IMG/VR virus record: IMGVR_UViG_2556921669_000003
Coordinates: 1-64,000 of that record
Direction: 5' to 3' (one strand)
Length of the DNA: 64,000 nt
DNA from: a virus
Lineage: Duplodnaviria; Heunggongvirae; Uroviricota; Caudoviricetes
The notes under the pieces are model-generated. The model searched no databases. It was not told the DNA's origin and was given only the letters and a program-made list of their open reading frames with translations. Below are positions 1 through 8,260 of this stretch, piece after piece. Made by a program: the position numbers and the translations under genes. Each line of letters begins with the position of its first letter. Within the stretch, counting starts at the first letter, position 1.

Positions 1-327
1 TCATGTGTCATGGTTGCCTCCTGGGTAGGCTCCGCCCGTGCTTGGGGTGGGTTCCTCGGCCCAATGATGCGTGGTGCCGAAATAGGTGGAGCCTTCCTTG
101 ATCGGAAAGGCTTCCATGACGCCCGGCACCTTCGATTGCGGGATTTCGACCATCAGCCGATTGTGGCCTTCGATCGAGAAGCGAGACTTCGCGATGCCGT
201 GCGCCATGAGAGCGTCGGCGTGATCCCGCGCGTCCTGGTTTTCGAGATAGCCGAGATCGACAATCACCGGCTTCGGTCCGTCGCCGTGGCTGGCATAGAC
301 CGTCTTGAGCATAAGGCTGCGGGTCAT
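1..327 (-). CDS. hypothetical protein (108 aa)
   Basis: Non-repetitive ORF; its ATG overlaps the stop of the upstream gene (ATGA coupling). Confidence 0.4.
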   Translation of the reverse strand: MTRSLMLKTVYASHGDGPKPVIVDLGYLENQDARDHADALMAHGIAKSRFSIEGHNRLMVEIPQSKVPGVMEAFPIKEGSTYFGTTHHWAEEPTPSTGGAYPGGNHDT

Positions 328-521
328 TCGTCACCGCCGATCGTGTTTCTGGTGGTGCGCCCAAGGATGCGACGGGCGATCCGGTCTTTTTCGTCGGCCA
401 GAACTTCCGCGATACCGGGGCCGCCCGGTTCGTCCCCCGACGCGAATTCTGCGTTGAGCACGTAGTTCGCGAAGTGTTCACGCAGCCATTGCCGCGCCTG
501 CCGTTTGGTCGTTTCAGCCAT
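324..521 (-). CDS. hypothetical protein (about 65 aa; start at internal ATG of the 324..641 ORF)
   Basis: Internal Met (MAETTKRQ...) preceded by a GGGGGCGATC SD-like sequence; the upstream part of the ORF is low-complexity. Confidence 0.3.
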   Translation of the reverse strand: MAETTKRQARQWLREHFANYVLNAEFASGDEPGGPGIAEVLADEKDRIARRILGRTTRNTIGGDE

Positions 522-891
522 GATCGCCCCCGGCGCCCTTTGATAATGTGGCGGAACCGCCCGCCTCTGCACTGTCTGCGATACGGGTGGTGGGAGGATG
601 GGCGTAGAGTGGGGTGATGGCTTCATATCCGCGCGGGACAACGCTTCCCGTAATTATCGTGTTCGGTCCACGCCCATTGCTTGGTGTAATCTCGCGAACG
701 ATCCACGCCACCGGCTCCGTCTGTTCGATAGAGAGAGCTGCGATCTGATTTTTTAGCGTTGATATCGTGTTGATCGCCCTCAACATGGTCACATTGTTCG
801 TGCCCTTCATGTCGAATGCCAGACGAACGGCGGTAAGTTTCCGGACAACCCCGTCCAGTTTCTCCGACAGTGTTTGCTCATCCCTGCGCAT
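514..891 (-). CDS. hypothetical protein (about 125 aa; real part of the 514..1284 ORF)
   Basis: The N-terminal 130 aa of the long ORF are Arg/Ser/Pro low-complexity; the sequence from MRRDEQTL onward is protein-like and preceded by GGAGG. Confidence 0.35.
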   Translation of the reverse strand: MRRDEQTLSEKLDGVVRKLTAVRLAFDMKGTNNVTMLRAINTISTLKNQIAALSIEQTEPVAWIVREITPSNGRGPNTIITGSVVPRGYEAITPLYAHPPTTRIADSAEAGGSATLSKGAGGDHG

Positions 892-1402
892 CGGAGCCTC
901 CATTGAGGAGAGTGCGGGCGCGGGCAAAGAGAGCGTTGGGGACGTAGTCCGCATCGTGGTAATCACACAGCTTTGAGAGAAACGCCTCCAGTTCGGCAAT
1001 GCGGGCCTCTGCCGCCTCGCGGCGCTTCTGTTCATAAAGGCAATCGCTTGCCATGTCTGTGGCAAGTTGCGTTTCCCGTTTCCTATCCAGCCCCATCGCC
1101 TCCGCCTTACGGGCCTCTGCGAGGATGGCGGACATGGCGACGGGGTTGCAGGCCGCGAGGTAGGCAGCATCAGCCGAATGCTTGAAGGTGGCGATCCGTC
1201 CGAACTTCTTGCCGTCCTTGATGGCGCTGAGGTCGTGAGATGTGTCCCACGTCGAAAATGGCGTGCCGACAGCCTCGGGTGCATAGCTCGGGTGGAATTG
1301 CCCCCAGCGGCCCGGCGTCACGCCTTCCAGCGCTTTCTCGATGAGCTCTATGGCCGCGCGCGCCGAGTCCCCCCGGCGCGCTTCGTTCACCTCAACCATC
1401 AC
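878..1402 (-). CDS. hypothetical phage protein (possibly Ead/Ea22-like)
   Basis: 174-aa non-repetitive ORF in an operon-like chain of overlapping stop/start codons. Confidence 0.45.
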   Translation of the reverse strand: MMVEVNEARRGDSARAAIELIEKALEGVTPGRWGQFHPSYAPEAVGTPFSTWDTSHDLSAIKDGKKFGRIATFKHSADAAYLAACNPVAMSAILAEARKAEAMGLDRKRETQLATDMASDCLYEQKRREAAEARIAELEAFLSKLCDYHDADYVPNALFARARTLLNGGSDAQG

Positions 1403-1635
1403 GCGGCCCTCCGCCCGTGATTGTCATTGCTTGCGGCCAGTTGCCGGGCAACACGCCGCAGGGCGCCGGCGATGACCTTGTTGCGGTGCGGCCAGCGGTC
1501 TTCGTGCCAATCGGCAACCAGCCCGAGCACTTCGGCGTTGTTCGTCGATGGCGACAGGTTCGCGATGACCTCGAGGCCGTCGCCGGTGTAGGTGCTGGCT
1601 TGGGGCTGGCGGATGGTGGCTTTGGGTTTTCTCAT
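1399..1635 (-). CDS. hypothetical protein (78 aa) ending ...ASNDNHGRRAA
   Basis: Start ATG preceded by CCACCCACCACATGAGGAGAAAACG, the window-wide CACCAC-SD module; C-terminal SNDN..AA motif. Confidence 0.5.
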   Translation of the reverse strand: MRKPKATIRQPQASTYTGDGLEVIANLSPSTNNAEVLGLVADWHEDRWPHRNKVIAGALRRVARQLAASNDNHGRRAA

Positions 1636-1674
1636 CGTTTTCTCCTCATGTGGTGGGTGGTACAAAAGTGCCGA

Positions 1675-1827
1675 TCAGTAGACGGGCTCGTCGCCATTTC
1701 GGGCTCGGAACACGAACTTCGCCCGAATGAACGGCCTTGGTTCGAAGGGCGGGACAACCAGTGGTCCGGGCTTGGACATGATCTTGTCGATCGTGTCGAA
1801 CAGGGCCTCTATGATGGGTGGCATCAT
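1675..1827 (-). CDS. small hypothetical protein (50 aa)
   Basis: ATGA overlap with the stop of the SPFH gene; MMPPIIEALFDTIDK... Confidence 0.3.
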   Translation of the reverse strand: MMPPIIEALFDTIDKIMSKPGPLVVPPFEPRPFIRAKFVFRARNGDEPVY

Positions 1828-2735
1828 TTCAGACCGCCCAGATTCAGCATCGGCACTGAACCGTTCGGAAGCATGGTGTTCGGCAATTTGCCGTCCCATC
1901 GTTCGGCCTGCGTGAGATCGACGAGATTCGGGTTCTCTCGCAGGGCATCTCCCCGCGCCTTGATCGCCTTGGCGGCAGCTTGCCCCTTGATTTCGATCGC
2001 CTGCGCCTCTGCTTGCGCAGCGCGTTCGGTGGCGTAACCCTGGGCGTCCGCGATCGCCCGCTGGCTGTCAGCCTGAGCCTTCGCTTGCGTTACGGTGATT
2101 TCCGCCTGAACCTTTTCCCGCTCAGCATTTTGACGGAGCTTCTGAACCTCGACCTCGGCCTGCATCCGCTGCTCGATTGACTTCTCATAGGCGTCGGAGA
2201 AATCGATGTTCTCGACCTGCACCGAGGCGACCACTACCGGTCCCGCGACTGCACGCTTTATGGCGCTCGATACTTCTGCCGACAGTCGCGCCCGGTCCTG
2301 CACCGCCGTGATGGCATTGAACTTGCCGAAGACAATCTCGACCTGCTCATTGACCTGACGATCAACAACACGGGTCTGCAGCGCGTCCAGCGAGCCGTAT
2401 TCCGAGTACACTCGTGAAACCAAGTCGGCGGGAACGCTGTAGGTCAGCGAGAGCCGCAACGTAGCGGTCTGCTGGTCCTTTGAATAGGCCTGCACACCGT
2501 CGTAGCTAATCGTGTGTTGCTGCACGGAGATCCGGCGAACGGCTTCGAGCCAGGGCAGTTTGAAGCCAAGTCCCGGTTGTGCGACGCCGATAACCGCGCC
2601 GTTGCGGAGCAGTACGCCGCGTTCGCCTTGATCGATGGTGTACCAGCTACCAAAAGCAACCGGCAAGCCGATGAAAGCGACGGCTACTCCGGTCAGCGCG
2701 AGTTTCAGAATTCTGGAATTGATGGGGTTCATCAT
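1824..2735 (-). CDS. SPFH/band-7 (prohibitin/HflC-HflK-like) membrane protein
   Basis: N-terminal TM segment, then the conserved band-7 core and a long Ala/Glu/Gln-rich coiled coil; start preceded by TAACCACCACCACACTGAGGAGACA. Confidence 0.75.
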   Translation of the reverse strand: MMNPINSRILKLALTGVAVAFIGLPVAFGSWYTIDQGERGVLLRNGAVIGVAQPGLGFKLPWLEAVRRISVQQHTISYDGVQAYSKDQQTATLRLSLTYSVPADLVSRVYSEYGSLDALQTRVVDRQVNEQVEIVFGKFNAITAVQDRARLSAEVSSAIKRAVAGPVVVASVQVENIDFSDAYEKSIEQRMQAEVEVQKLRQNAEREKVQAEITVTQAKAQADSQRAIADAQGYATERAAQAEAQAIEIKGQAAAKAIKARGDALRENPNLVDLTQAERWDGKLPNTMLPNGSVPMLNLGGLK

Positions 2736-2757
2736 TGTCTCCTCAGTGTGGTGGTGG

Positions 2758-2865
2758 TTAGCGCGGCAGGCTGGCGAGCGTGTCAGCCCAGACCGTCACG
2801 GCGACGATGAAGGCGCAGCCGGAGAGGCCGGCGCAGATGTCTTGGATGGCGTCGCGGAGCTTCAT
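2758..2865 (-). CDS. small hydrophobic peptide (35 aa, MKLRDAIQDICAGLSGCAFIVAVTVWADTLASLPR)
   Basis: GGAGGG SD; TGATG overlap with the upstream gene stop; sits between the SPFH gene and the 2865 gene. Confidence 0.3.
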   Translation of the reverse strand: MKLRDAIQDICAGLSGCAFIVAVTVWADTLASLPR

Positions 2866-3188
2866 CACACAACCCTCCGACCAGCCGCGCCAATCCGGGC
2901 ATAGACTTCGAAATCCCCGCCGACCTCGACGGAAAGCCGTGCCGCCTCAGCAAGCACAGAACCATCGTCGGGATGTTCGAACGGCATGCCGTTCGGCGTC
3001 ACGCGACCGTGTTCGCCACGACGAAACACGAAAAAGCCTCCGCCCAGCGTCTCGCCGCGGCGTGGCTTCTTGATTCCGCGGCCCGGCTTCGGCCGCCCAT
3101 GCTTTTTTGCCTTGTGGTCGGGACGCAACATCGGCTCGTCGCTGTGGACGCCGGCGCATACGAAATCGTCTTCAGAAAGTCTGAACAT
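2865..3188 (-). CDS. hypothetical protein (107 aa)
   Basis: Start preceded by a hairpin with a CCACCACC loop followed by CACCACATCGAGGAGACAACCA. Confidence 0.45.
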   Translation of the reverse strand: MFRLSEDDFVCAGVHSDEPMLRPDHKAKKHGRPKPGRGIKKPRRGETLGGGFFVFRRGEHGRVTPNGMPFEHPDDGSVLAEAARLSVEVGGDFEVYARIGAAGRRVV

Positions 3189-3247
3189 TGGTTGTCTCCT
3201 CGATGTGGTGGGGATTGCTGCCGGCCACCACCGGCAGCAATGGAGCG

Positions 3248-3481
3248 TCAGGCGGCGATCTTGGAAAGCGCGCTGGCAGCCTTTTTCGCGGGGGAAAGAT
3301 CTTCCGTGCTTACGATGGCGTAAAGCGCGCCGCCTGTTGCCTTGTTGATCTTGCCGAGCGCCGCCTTGGCGCTGTCGCCAAACATGGTGAGACCAACGAC
3401 CTGCTTGGGGTTCGTCTGGCCGGCGAGCTTGCCGTGGGTGTAGGTGCCGTACACGTCGACTGTAACTTTGTGAGTCATCAT
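3248..3481 (-). CDS. hypothetical protein (77 aa), ends ...KIAA
   Basis: GAGGAGAGAATGATG initiation region; first gene of the leftward operon. Confidence 0.5.
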   Translation of the reverse strand: MMTHKVTVDVYGTYTHGKLAGQTNPKQVVGLTMFGDSAKAALGKINKATGGALYAIVSTEDLSPAKKAASALSKIAA

Positions 3482-3537
3482 TCTCTCCTCTTGCCGCTAT
3501 GGGCGTGGTGTCGCACCTGGTGCAGTGCGTGAGGAGA

Positions 3538-3566
3538 GATATAGACCTTCAGATTTGTGGAGTCAA
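3538..3566 (-). promoter_or_regulatory. sigma70-like promoter of the leftward operon (-35 TTGACT, 17-nt spacer, -10 TATATC)
   Basis: Read on the minus strand just downstream of the repressor terminator; the spacer contains an ACAAAT half-site. Confidence 0.35.
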
Positions 3567-3589
3567 CAAAAAGTTTGTTTGTTAAACGA

Positions 3590-3605
3590 GGCCCGCAGCC
3601 GGGCC
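3590..3605 (-). terminator. hairpin GGCCCG-CAGC-CGGGCC after the repressor gene
   Basis: 6-bp GC stem immediately 3' of the 3612 stop on the minus strand, followed by a U-rich stretch. Confidence 0.3.
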
Positions 3606-3611
3606 GACGAA

Positions 3612-4289
3612 TCAATAAGCGCCGGCCTGCACGATCAGATGGACGCTCACGACGTCGTCCTTGTCGAATTCAATGGGGATCGGCGGATTGTACTGCTCGA
3701 GCGTCAGGCGCGCGCCTTTCCAGCCTGTGAACTTCTTCACGAACCCGCGCGGTGGTTCGTCTTCACTCCGTGCGCGAATCTGCACAACGACGTGGTCGCC
3801 GTGCCTGACCGGCTTCGTTGGGTGGACGTATGCGATCTCGCGAGGGTAGTAGCGCGGCACCATCGATTCGCCGTCCAGAAAAACGGCATACGCGCCCGGA
3901 ACGTTGATAAGTGAGGGGATGCAGGGCACCCAATCCAGGATCTGGCCGTTGAAAATGTACTCGCCGTCCGCGCCGCCAACGGCTTCACCAAGTACCGGCA
4001 TCATCTTCGGAAGAGCGTTTGTCGGCACCTGGTTCAATGGCACGATGGTGGCGTTCGGGGCGGGGGAGGGGCGCCTGCCTTTTCGCTCGTCGATGAGTCG
4101 CTTCATTTCATCTTCCGGTATCTGCAGGGCGGCCGCCACCTCTCGCCAGATATGCGACCCTTTCACCTTGCCGGTCATGAAATTGTTGATGTTTTGCTGA
4201 TCCGTGCCGACGGCGCGCGCCAGCTCTGACTCGTTGCCGCCAAACGCGGCGTTGAGGCGTTCCCGGAGTCGCTCTTCGAGGCTGTCCAC
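3612..4289 (-). CDS. CI/LexA-like repressor: N-terminal XRE HTH plus C-terminal S24 peptidase domain with intact Ser (GESM) and Lys
   Basis: HTH in the first 60 aa; C-terminal ...FLDGESMVP...VKKFTGW... matches the LexA/CI autoproteolysis module. Confidence 0.8.
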   Translation of the reverse strand: MDSLEERLRERLNAAFGGNESELARAVGTDQQNINNFMTGKVKGSHIWREVAAALQIPEDEMKRLIDERKGRRPSPAPNATIVPLNQVPTNALPKMMPVLGEAVGGADGEYIFNGQILDWVPCIPSLINVPGAYAVFLDGESMVPRYYPREIAYVHPTKPVRHGDHVVVQIRARSEDEPPRGFVKKFTGWKGARLTLEQYNPPIPIEFDKDDVVSVHLIVQAGAY

Positions 4290-4352
4290 TTTTTATCTCC
4301 GTATTTTTTCAAGCGTTTACCACTCAGGGCAACAAAAAACAAACAAAGAAAT

Positions 4353-4380
4353 TGACAAAGAATTTGTGAATCGGTAGGGT
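4353..4380 (+). promoter_or_regulatory. variant operator-promoter (TTGACAAAGAATTTGTGAATCGG TAGGGT)
   Basis: TTGACA -35 plus a degenerate copy of the ACAAATTTGT palindrome; faces into the ORF-poor region. Confidence 0.3.
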
Positions 4381-4830
4381 TCAGTCACAAGAAACGAGGA
4401 CCTAGCATCGAGACGGTGGAACAAACGCCAGATCAATGCGGGACACAAGAAGACCGGAATAGCAGCAAGACGTGAAATGCGAAAGGAGCGCGGCCATCCG
4501 GCCGTAGCAAAAAGCCCACTAGAGGCAACTGCCCACCAAGAGGCAAAGAAGGAGACGGCAACATGCGGCAAACCTCCCAGGACGATCGCAGAAGAAGACT
4601 GACGGAAAAGCGAGGAGGCAGAAGAAGATACGTAGGGCGGGCGAGGGGCCCGCCGTAAGGGCCGCCATGATGACGGCCCATTTCCTGAGCGCCCTTTGGG
4701 GAGTTGAGGAAATGTGAGACGGGCGTAGTGCCCGCAACCCCGACCGACCGCTGTGGCTGCAACTTGGCGGTCGGTCGGGGGAGGAGGATGGGCCGTCCGG
4801 GCAACGCCGGGCGGCTTTGCTATTTATAGG
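4381..4830 (+). ncRNA. candidate non-coding RNA (purine-rich, T-poor transcript) in the immunity region
   Basis: About 260 nt with roughly 8% T on the plus strand; no credible ORF; ends at the perfect 14-bp inverted repeat CCCCGACCGACCGC..GCGGTCGGTCGGGG (4738..4780) followed by a T-rich tract. Confidence 0.25.
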
Positions 4831-5212
4831 AGCCGCGACCATGGCCCTATCACCACGGAAGAGGAGAGGTCATGGGTATTCAGCAAAGACAGATGGCTTA
4901 TCTTCAAACAAAGAAGATTACGGTCGAGGCGCTGTTCGCGATGCGGGCAGTGTCTACGGCCGGTTTTCGTTTTTCCAGCGGCCACCAACCGCGCAAGGCT
5001 GCGGCCACCACCTAGCTCGAAAGAGAGACGCAGCCGGCCTGGCTGACCGCCAGGCGAAATTCAACCCCCTTCAAAAGTTGACCCTAAGGCCGGCACCACC
5101 CGCTTAGCAACCAGTGAAGGGGTCCCTACTAGGACGAGGAGGAGGCGTGATGAGCGCCAGAACTCAGTCCGTTCGATACCGCCACCACAGCGGCAAGGAG
5201 TTGTTACTATAA

Positions 5213-5229
5213 CGGTACAAATTTGTCAA
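5213..5229 (-). promoter_or_regulatory. operator-promoter copy on the minus strand (TTGACAAATTTGTACCG)
   Basis: 14/17 identity to the PR operator; lies immediately 3' of the repressor-2 stop and points leftward into the ORF-poor region. Confidence 0.35.
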
Positions 5230-5247
5230 GCGTCACGCTACGGCAGC

Positions 5248-5874
5248 CTATGTGGCCACAGCGGTGAGTCGCTCCGCAAGGACGATGACGTGGATCGCCT
5301 CGATCGGCACGTCGAACTCGACAGCCCGTCCGTATTGCGCCAGCCGCGCCTTGTCGCCGTCGATGGAGACGAGGCGGCCAATCCACGCCACGCCCTTGCC
5401 GCTATGCACGAAGACCTCGTTTCCGGGCTTGGGGAAGGGGCGGCTGTCCACCCAGACCCTACAGCCGTAGAGGAGGGCGGGCTCCATGACGTTCGTGTCG
5501 ACGCGGACCACGTAGCGCCCATACGGCACGTAATTCGGACCGTAGCCCGACATGGCCGGTTCGAACTTGAACTTGCCTTCCTTGCGGTCAGCGATCTTTC
5601 CCTTCTCCTGCACCGTATCAAGCGTCGACATGTCGAGGGCGGTTCCGGCGCGAGCTTTCGCTTCCTCAGCCAGGCCATCCACTTCGGCACGCGGCACGCC
5701 CAGAAAGTCAGCCAGCCCATCTCGAACATCGTCGCGTGGTATCGTCCCGCGCTTCCAGCTATTGTAGGTCTGCTGCATCCATCCGTACTTCTCGCCGACG
5801 GCTCTATCCGTGAGCTTCAGCGCCTTCTGTCGGTCGGAAAGCATGAGGGCGAGGCGTGTTTTCTTCTTCACCAT
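5248..5874 (-). CDS. second CI-like repressor: XRE HTH plus S24-like domain lacking the nucleophile Ser (NVMEP in place of xSMxP)
   Basis: HTH MLSDRQKALKLTDRAVGEKYGWMQQTYNSWKRG; C-terminal LexA-fold alignment places Val at the catalytic Ser position. Start taken at MVKKK; the annotated TTG start lies inside the operator. Confidence 0.75.
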   Translation of the reverse strand: MVKKKTRLALMLSDRQKALKLTDRAVGEKYGWMQQTYNSWKRGTIPRDDVRDGLADFLGVPRAEVDGLAEEAKARAGTALDMSTLDTVQEKGKIADRKEGKFKFEPAMSGYGPNYVPYGRYVVRVDTNVMEPALLYGCRVWVDSRPFPKPGNEVFVHSGKGVAWIGRLVSIDGDKARLAQYGRAVEFDVPIEAIHVIVLAERLTAVAT

Positions 5875-5894
5875 GGAGGACTCGCAGAAAAAGC

Positions 5895-5923
5895 TTGACA
5901 AATTTGTAAAATGGTACTATAAA
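5895..5923 (+). promoter_or_regulatory. PR-like early promoter with operator: TTGACAAATTTGTAAAA, -10 TATAAA
   Basis: Consensus -35, 17-nt spacer and -10; the perfect palindrome ACAAATTTGT overlaps the -35; divergent from the repressor gene. Confidence 0.5.
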
Positions 5924-5992
5924 ATTCGACTGTCGGCAAGTCCACCAGACTCCGACCTGCGCGCAAGCGCACCACCACGCAGAGGAGAAACG

Positions 5993-6280
5993 ATGACGAT
6001 CATCACCAGCGATACGCTGGCGGATATGCGTGCTTGCCTGAATCGAGGCGAGACCATCGCAACCATCGCCAGACGATACGGCCTGAAAGACATGGCTGTC
6101 TACCAGCGTTTGCGCCGCGATCTCGGTGGGCCGCCCATTCCCGGCCCCGCAAACGACAACAACCCAGGCCGCGTGACCCGGATGACGCCGCACAACGGCG
6201 GCTGCTCGACGACGAGCGGCAAGATGCCCGTGACCCTGGTTCGCGTCCCGTCGGTTGATGGGGTGGCGGTGGCGGCATGA
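5993..6280 (+). CDS. small HTH DNA-binding protein (Cro-like early regulator), contains PANDN, ends ...VAVAA
   Basis: First gene after PR; GAGGAGAAACG SD; RGETIATIARRYGLKDMAVYQRLRR resembles an HTH. Confidence 0.55.
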   Translation: MTIITSDTLADMRACLNRGETIATIARRYGLKDMAVYQRLRRDLGGPPIPGPANDNNPGRVTRMTPHNGGCSTTSGKMPVTLVRVPSVDGVAVAA

Positions 6281-6579
6281 GCGACACCAGCAACACGACG
6301 CAGTGCGACTGCGACTACTTCGAGTTCGGCGACTGGGTTCGCTCTCGCCAAAATCCCAATCTCACCGGGCAGGTGATCGGCGAGCGAGGCTGGGGTGAGG
6401 AGTACGAAGTGCGCCTCGCCGACGGCCTCACCAAGACCTGGTGGAAAACCATTGAAATCGAGCACGACCCGGACGGCTCTCCGCCGGCCATGGAAGATGA
6501 CGACACGAACGTCGTCCGTGTGGATTTCACCAAACGGCGCGAACTGCGCGAGGATACGACAACGGGAGGGGCTGCGTGA
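6277..6579 (+). CDS. hypothetical protein (100 aa)
   Basis: ATGA overlap with the previous stop; acidic non-repetitive sequence. Confidence 0.5.
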   Translation: MSDTSNTTQCDCDYFEFGDWVRSRQNPNLTGQVIGERGWGEEYEVRLADGLTKTWWKTIEIEHDPDGSPPAMEDDDTNVVRVDFTKRRELREDTTTGGAA

Positions 6580-7940
6580 TGTACCAGAAGGGTCAGAATG
6601 TCAGAATGACGCGCGACTGCGATTGCGGCGGCTTCAAGAAAGGCGACGTGTTTATGCTGTCGAGAAGCCACAAGAGCGTCGCTTTCTTCGTTGACGCCGA
6701 CGGCGATGACCGTTGCCTCGAGCACAGCTTCGAACTCATCCCCGCCCTCATCATCGAACCAGGCAAGCACTACCGCACCCGCTCGGGCAAGCCGACGGGG
6801 CGTGTAACGGTTGGTGACACCGGCTTCGAAGCGGTCGTTGACGGGCGCGTGCGGATCTTCGACAAGGCCGGCGGCGCAGTTCATGGCGACGACGACATCG
6901 TCGAGGCGTGGGTGCCGAAGGTTGGGGAGCGGGTCGTAGAGGCCGAACCGAAGCAATACAACTTCCTCCGACACTGGTTCGACTACTGGCGGAGCGTCGA
7001 GGGCGTCCTGACGGACAACTCCTTCGTCGTCACAAAGGTGTGTGGTGCGACCGTTCATTACAGCAACCGTGTTGATGGGAACGGCCCCATAGCCGACATC
7101 GCTGACCTCGAACCGCTGCCCGTTGCCACGCAACCGGCAGCCCCGACCCTGAAAATCGAGGCGGGCCGCTACTACAAGACCCGCGATGGGCGGAAGGTTG
7201 GGCCAATGGTGCGAGCCGAAAACTGGCTGGCAGGATTCTATGATTCGGCGCGCCTAATCACTGGTCAGCGATGGGAAGGGGACGGATCCTTTATCGAGGG
7301 CCAAATCTCGAACCTCGACCTCGTCGCCGAATGGCAGGAAACCACCAACGTCGGCGCCCAGGTCGACACGCTGGCCGAGGAATACGGCTCGCCGCATCCC
7401 AGCAATGACAACGCGGCCAAGCCGAAGTTTAAGAAGGGCGATCGGATCAAGCTGGCGGCAGTCCACGAAATGGCGGGATATGGCCGCTTGGATGGCGAAA
7501 CAGGCACAGTGCTGGAAGATTCTTCTGTGCCCTACGTGAAGTGGGACAGGGATGGCGCGAAGCTCGCCATCTTGGAGAAGGAGGCGGACCTCATCGCCAC
7601 CACCCCGACCGTCACCACCTCCGCCATCGTCGCCCTCATCGAAAACGGCCAGCCCAAGCCTGCAGCCGTCCCGCACGTCCACGCTTCGGAAGCTGCCGCC
7701 ACCACGGAGGCGAACCGACTTGCCGGCGTTCACAAGGGCAAGCGGTTCGGCGTGTTCGTGCTGACCACGACAGCGGAAGAGGCGGCTCCGACCTACCGGC
7801 ACGAATGGCAGCGGCTGGCCGTTGCCGGCAAGAAAATCGACGCCATCCGAGAGCTTCGCGGCTTGACCGGGATGCAGTTGAAGCCGGCCAAGGATGTCGT
7901 CGAGCACTTCGTTGCCTACCCGTACGGGCAGGCCGCCTAA
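6576..7940 (+). CDS. hypothetical protein with a C-terminal ribosomal L7/L12-CTD-like domain
   Basis: C-terminal AGKKIDAIRELRGLTGMQLKPAKDVVE closely parallels the L7/L12 CTD core ([24 protein letters not shown]); internal repeated GxYYKTRxGxxVG motifs; contains SNDN. Confidence 0.6.
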   Translation: MMYQKGQNVRMTRDCDCGGFKKGDVFMLSRSHKSVAFFVDADGDDRCLEHSFELIPALIIEPGKHYRTRSGKPTGRVTVGDTGFEAVVDGRVRIFDKAGGAVHGDDDIVEAWVPKVGERVVEAEPKQYNFLRHWFDYWRSVEGVLTDNSFVVTKVCGATVHYSNRVDGNGPIADIADLEPLPVATQPAAPTLKIEAGRYYKTRDGRKVGPMVRAENWLAGFYDSARLITGQRWEGDGSFIEGQISNLDLVAEWQETTNVGAQVDTLAEEYGSPHPSNDNAAKPKFKKGDRIKLAAVHEMAGYGRLDGETGTVLEDSSVPYVKWDRDGAKLAILEKEADLIATTPTVTTSAIVALIENGQPKPAAVPHVHASEAAATTEANRLAGVHKGKRFGVFVLTTTAEEAAPTYRHEWQRLAVAGKKIDAIRELRGLTGMQLKPAKDVVEHFVAYPYGQAA

Positions 7941-8005
7941 CTCAACACCACCTCACCACCACAACAACCTGCTGCTGGTCCGCCAGCAGCAGGCGAGGAG
8001 ACGAT

Positions 8006-8260
8006 ATGTCGAAATCACCGGAAGTCGTCATCATCCATGAGACCGTCGCCAAGTCATGGCTGCGCGATCTCTCCACCTTCACACTGTTCGCTGCGCTCAT
8101 CGGGCTTGGCGTCCTGCTGGATAGCGGCGCGATGCAATGGATGGGCGCCATCATCGCATTCATCACTATCGTTGCGCGGGCGTCAGGTACGCACGGGCGG
8201 AGCCGGAAGACTATCGCGCAAGCTCGCCAGTTCCTTGACGATCTGGAGACAGCCGCTTGA
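8006..8260 (+). CDS. small membrane protein (84 aa, 2 TM)
   Basis: Start after a perfect 11-bp hairpin and GAGGAGACGAT; hydrophobic helices; ends ...ETAA. Confidence 0.45.
   Translation: MSKSPEVVIIHETVAKSWLRDLSTFTLFAALIGLGVLLDSGAMQWMGAIIAFITIVARASGTHGRSRKTIAQARQFLDDLETAA

Noticed and set aside
514-1284. N-terminal 130 aa of the 256-aa minus-strand ORF (Arg/Ser/Pro-rich)
   Set aside because: Low-complexity composition typical of an out-of-frame high-GC read; only the part from about 891 downward looks protein-like.
4795-4815. Second terminator-like hairpin after the 4738..4780 inverted repeat
   Set aside because: The CCGGGC...CCGGGC arms are direct rather than inverted; only a 3-bp stem forms.
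7541-8260. 239-aa Arg/His-rich ORF overlapping 7254..7940
   Set aside because: Compositionally implausible; the real gene starts at 8006 with a proper SD. It also overlaps the C-terminus of 6576..7940 in another frame.
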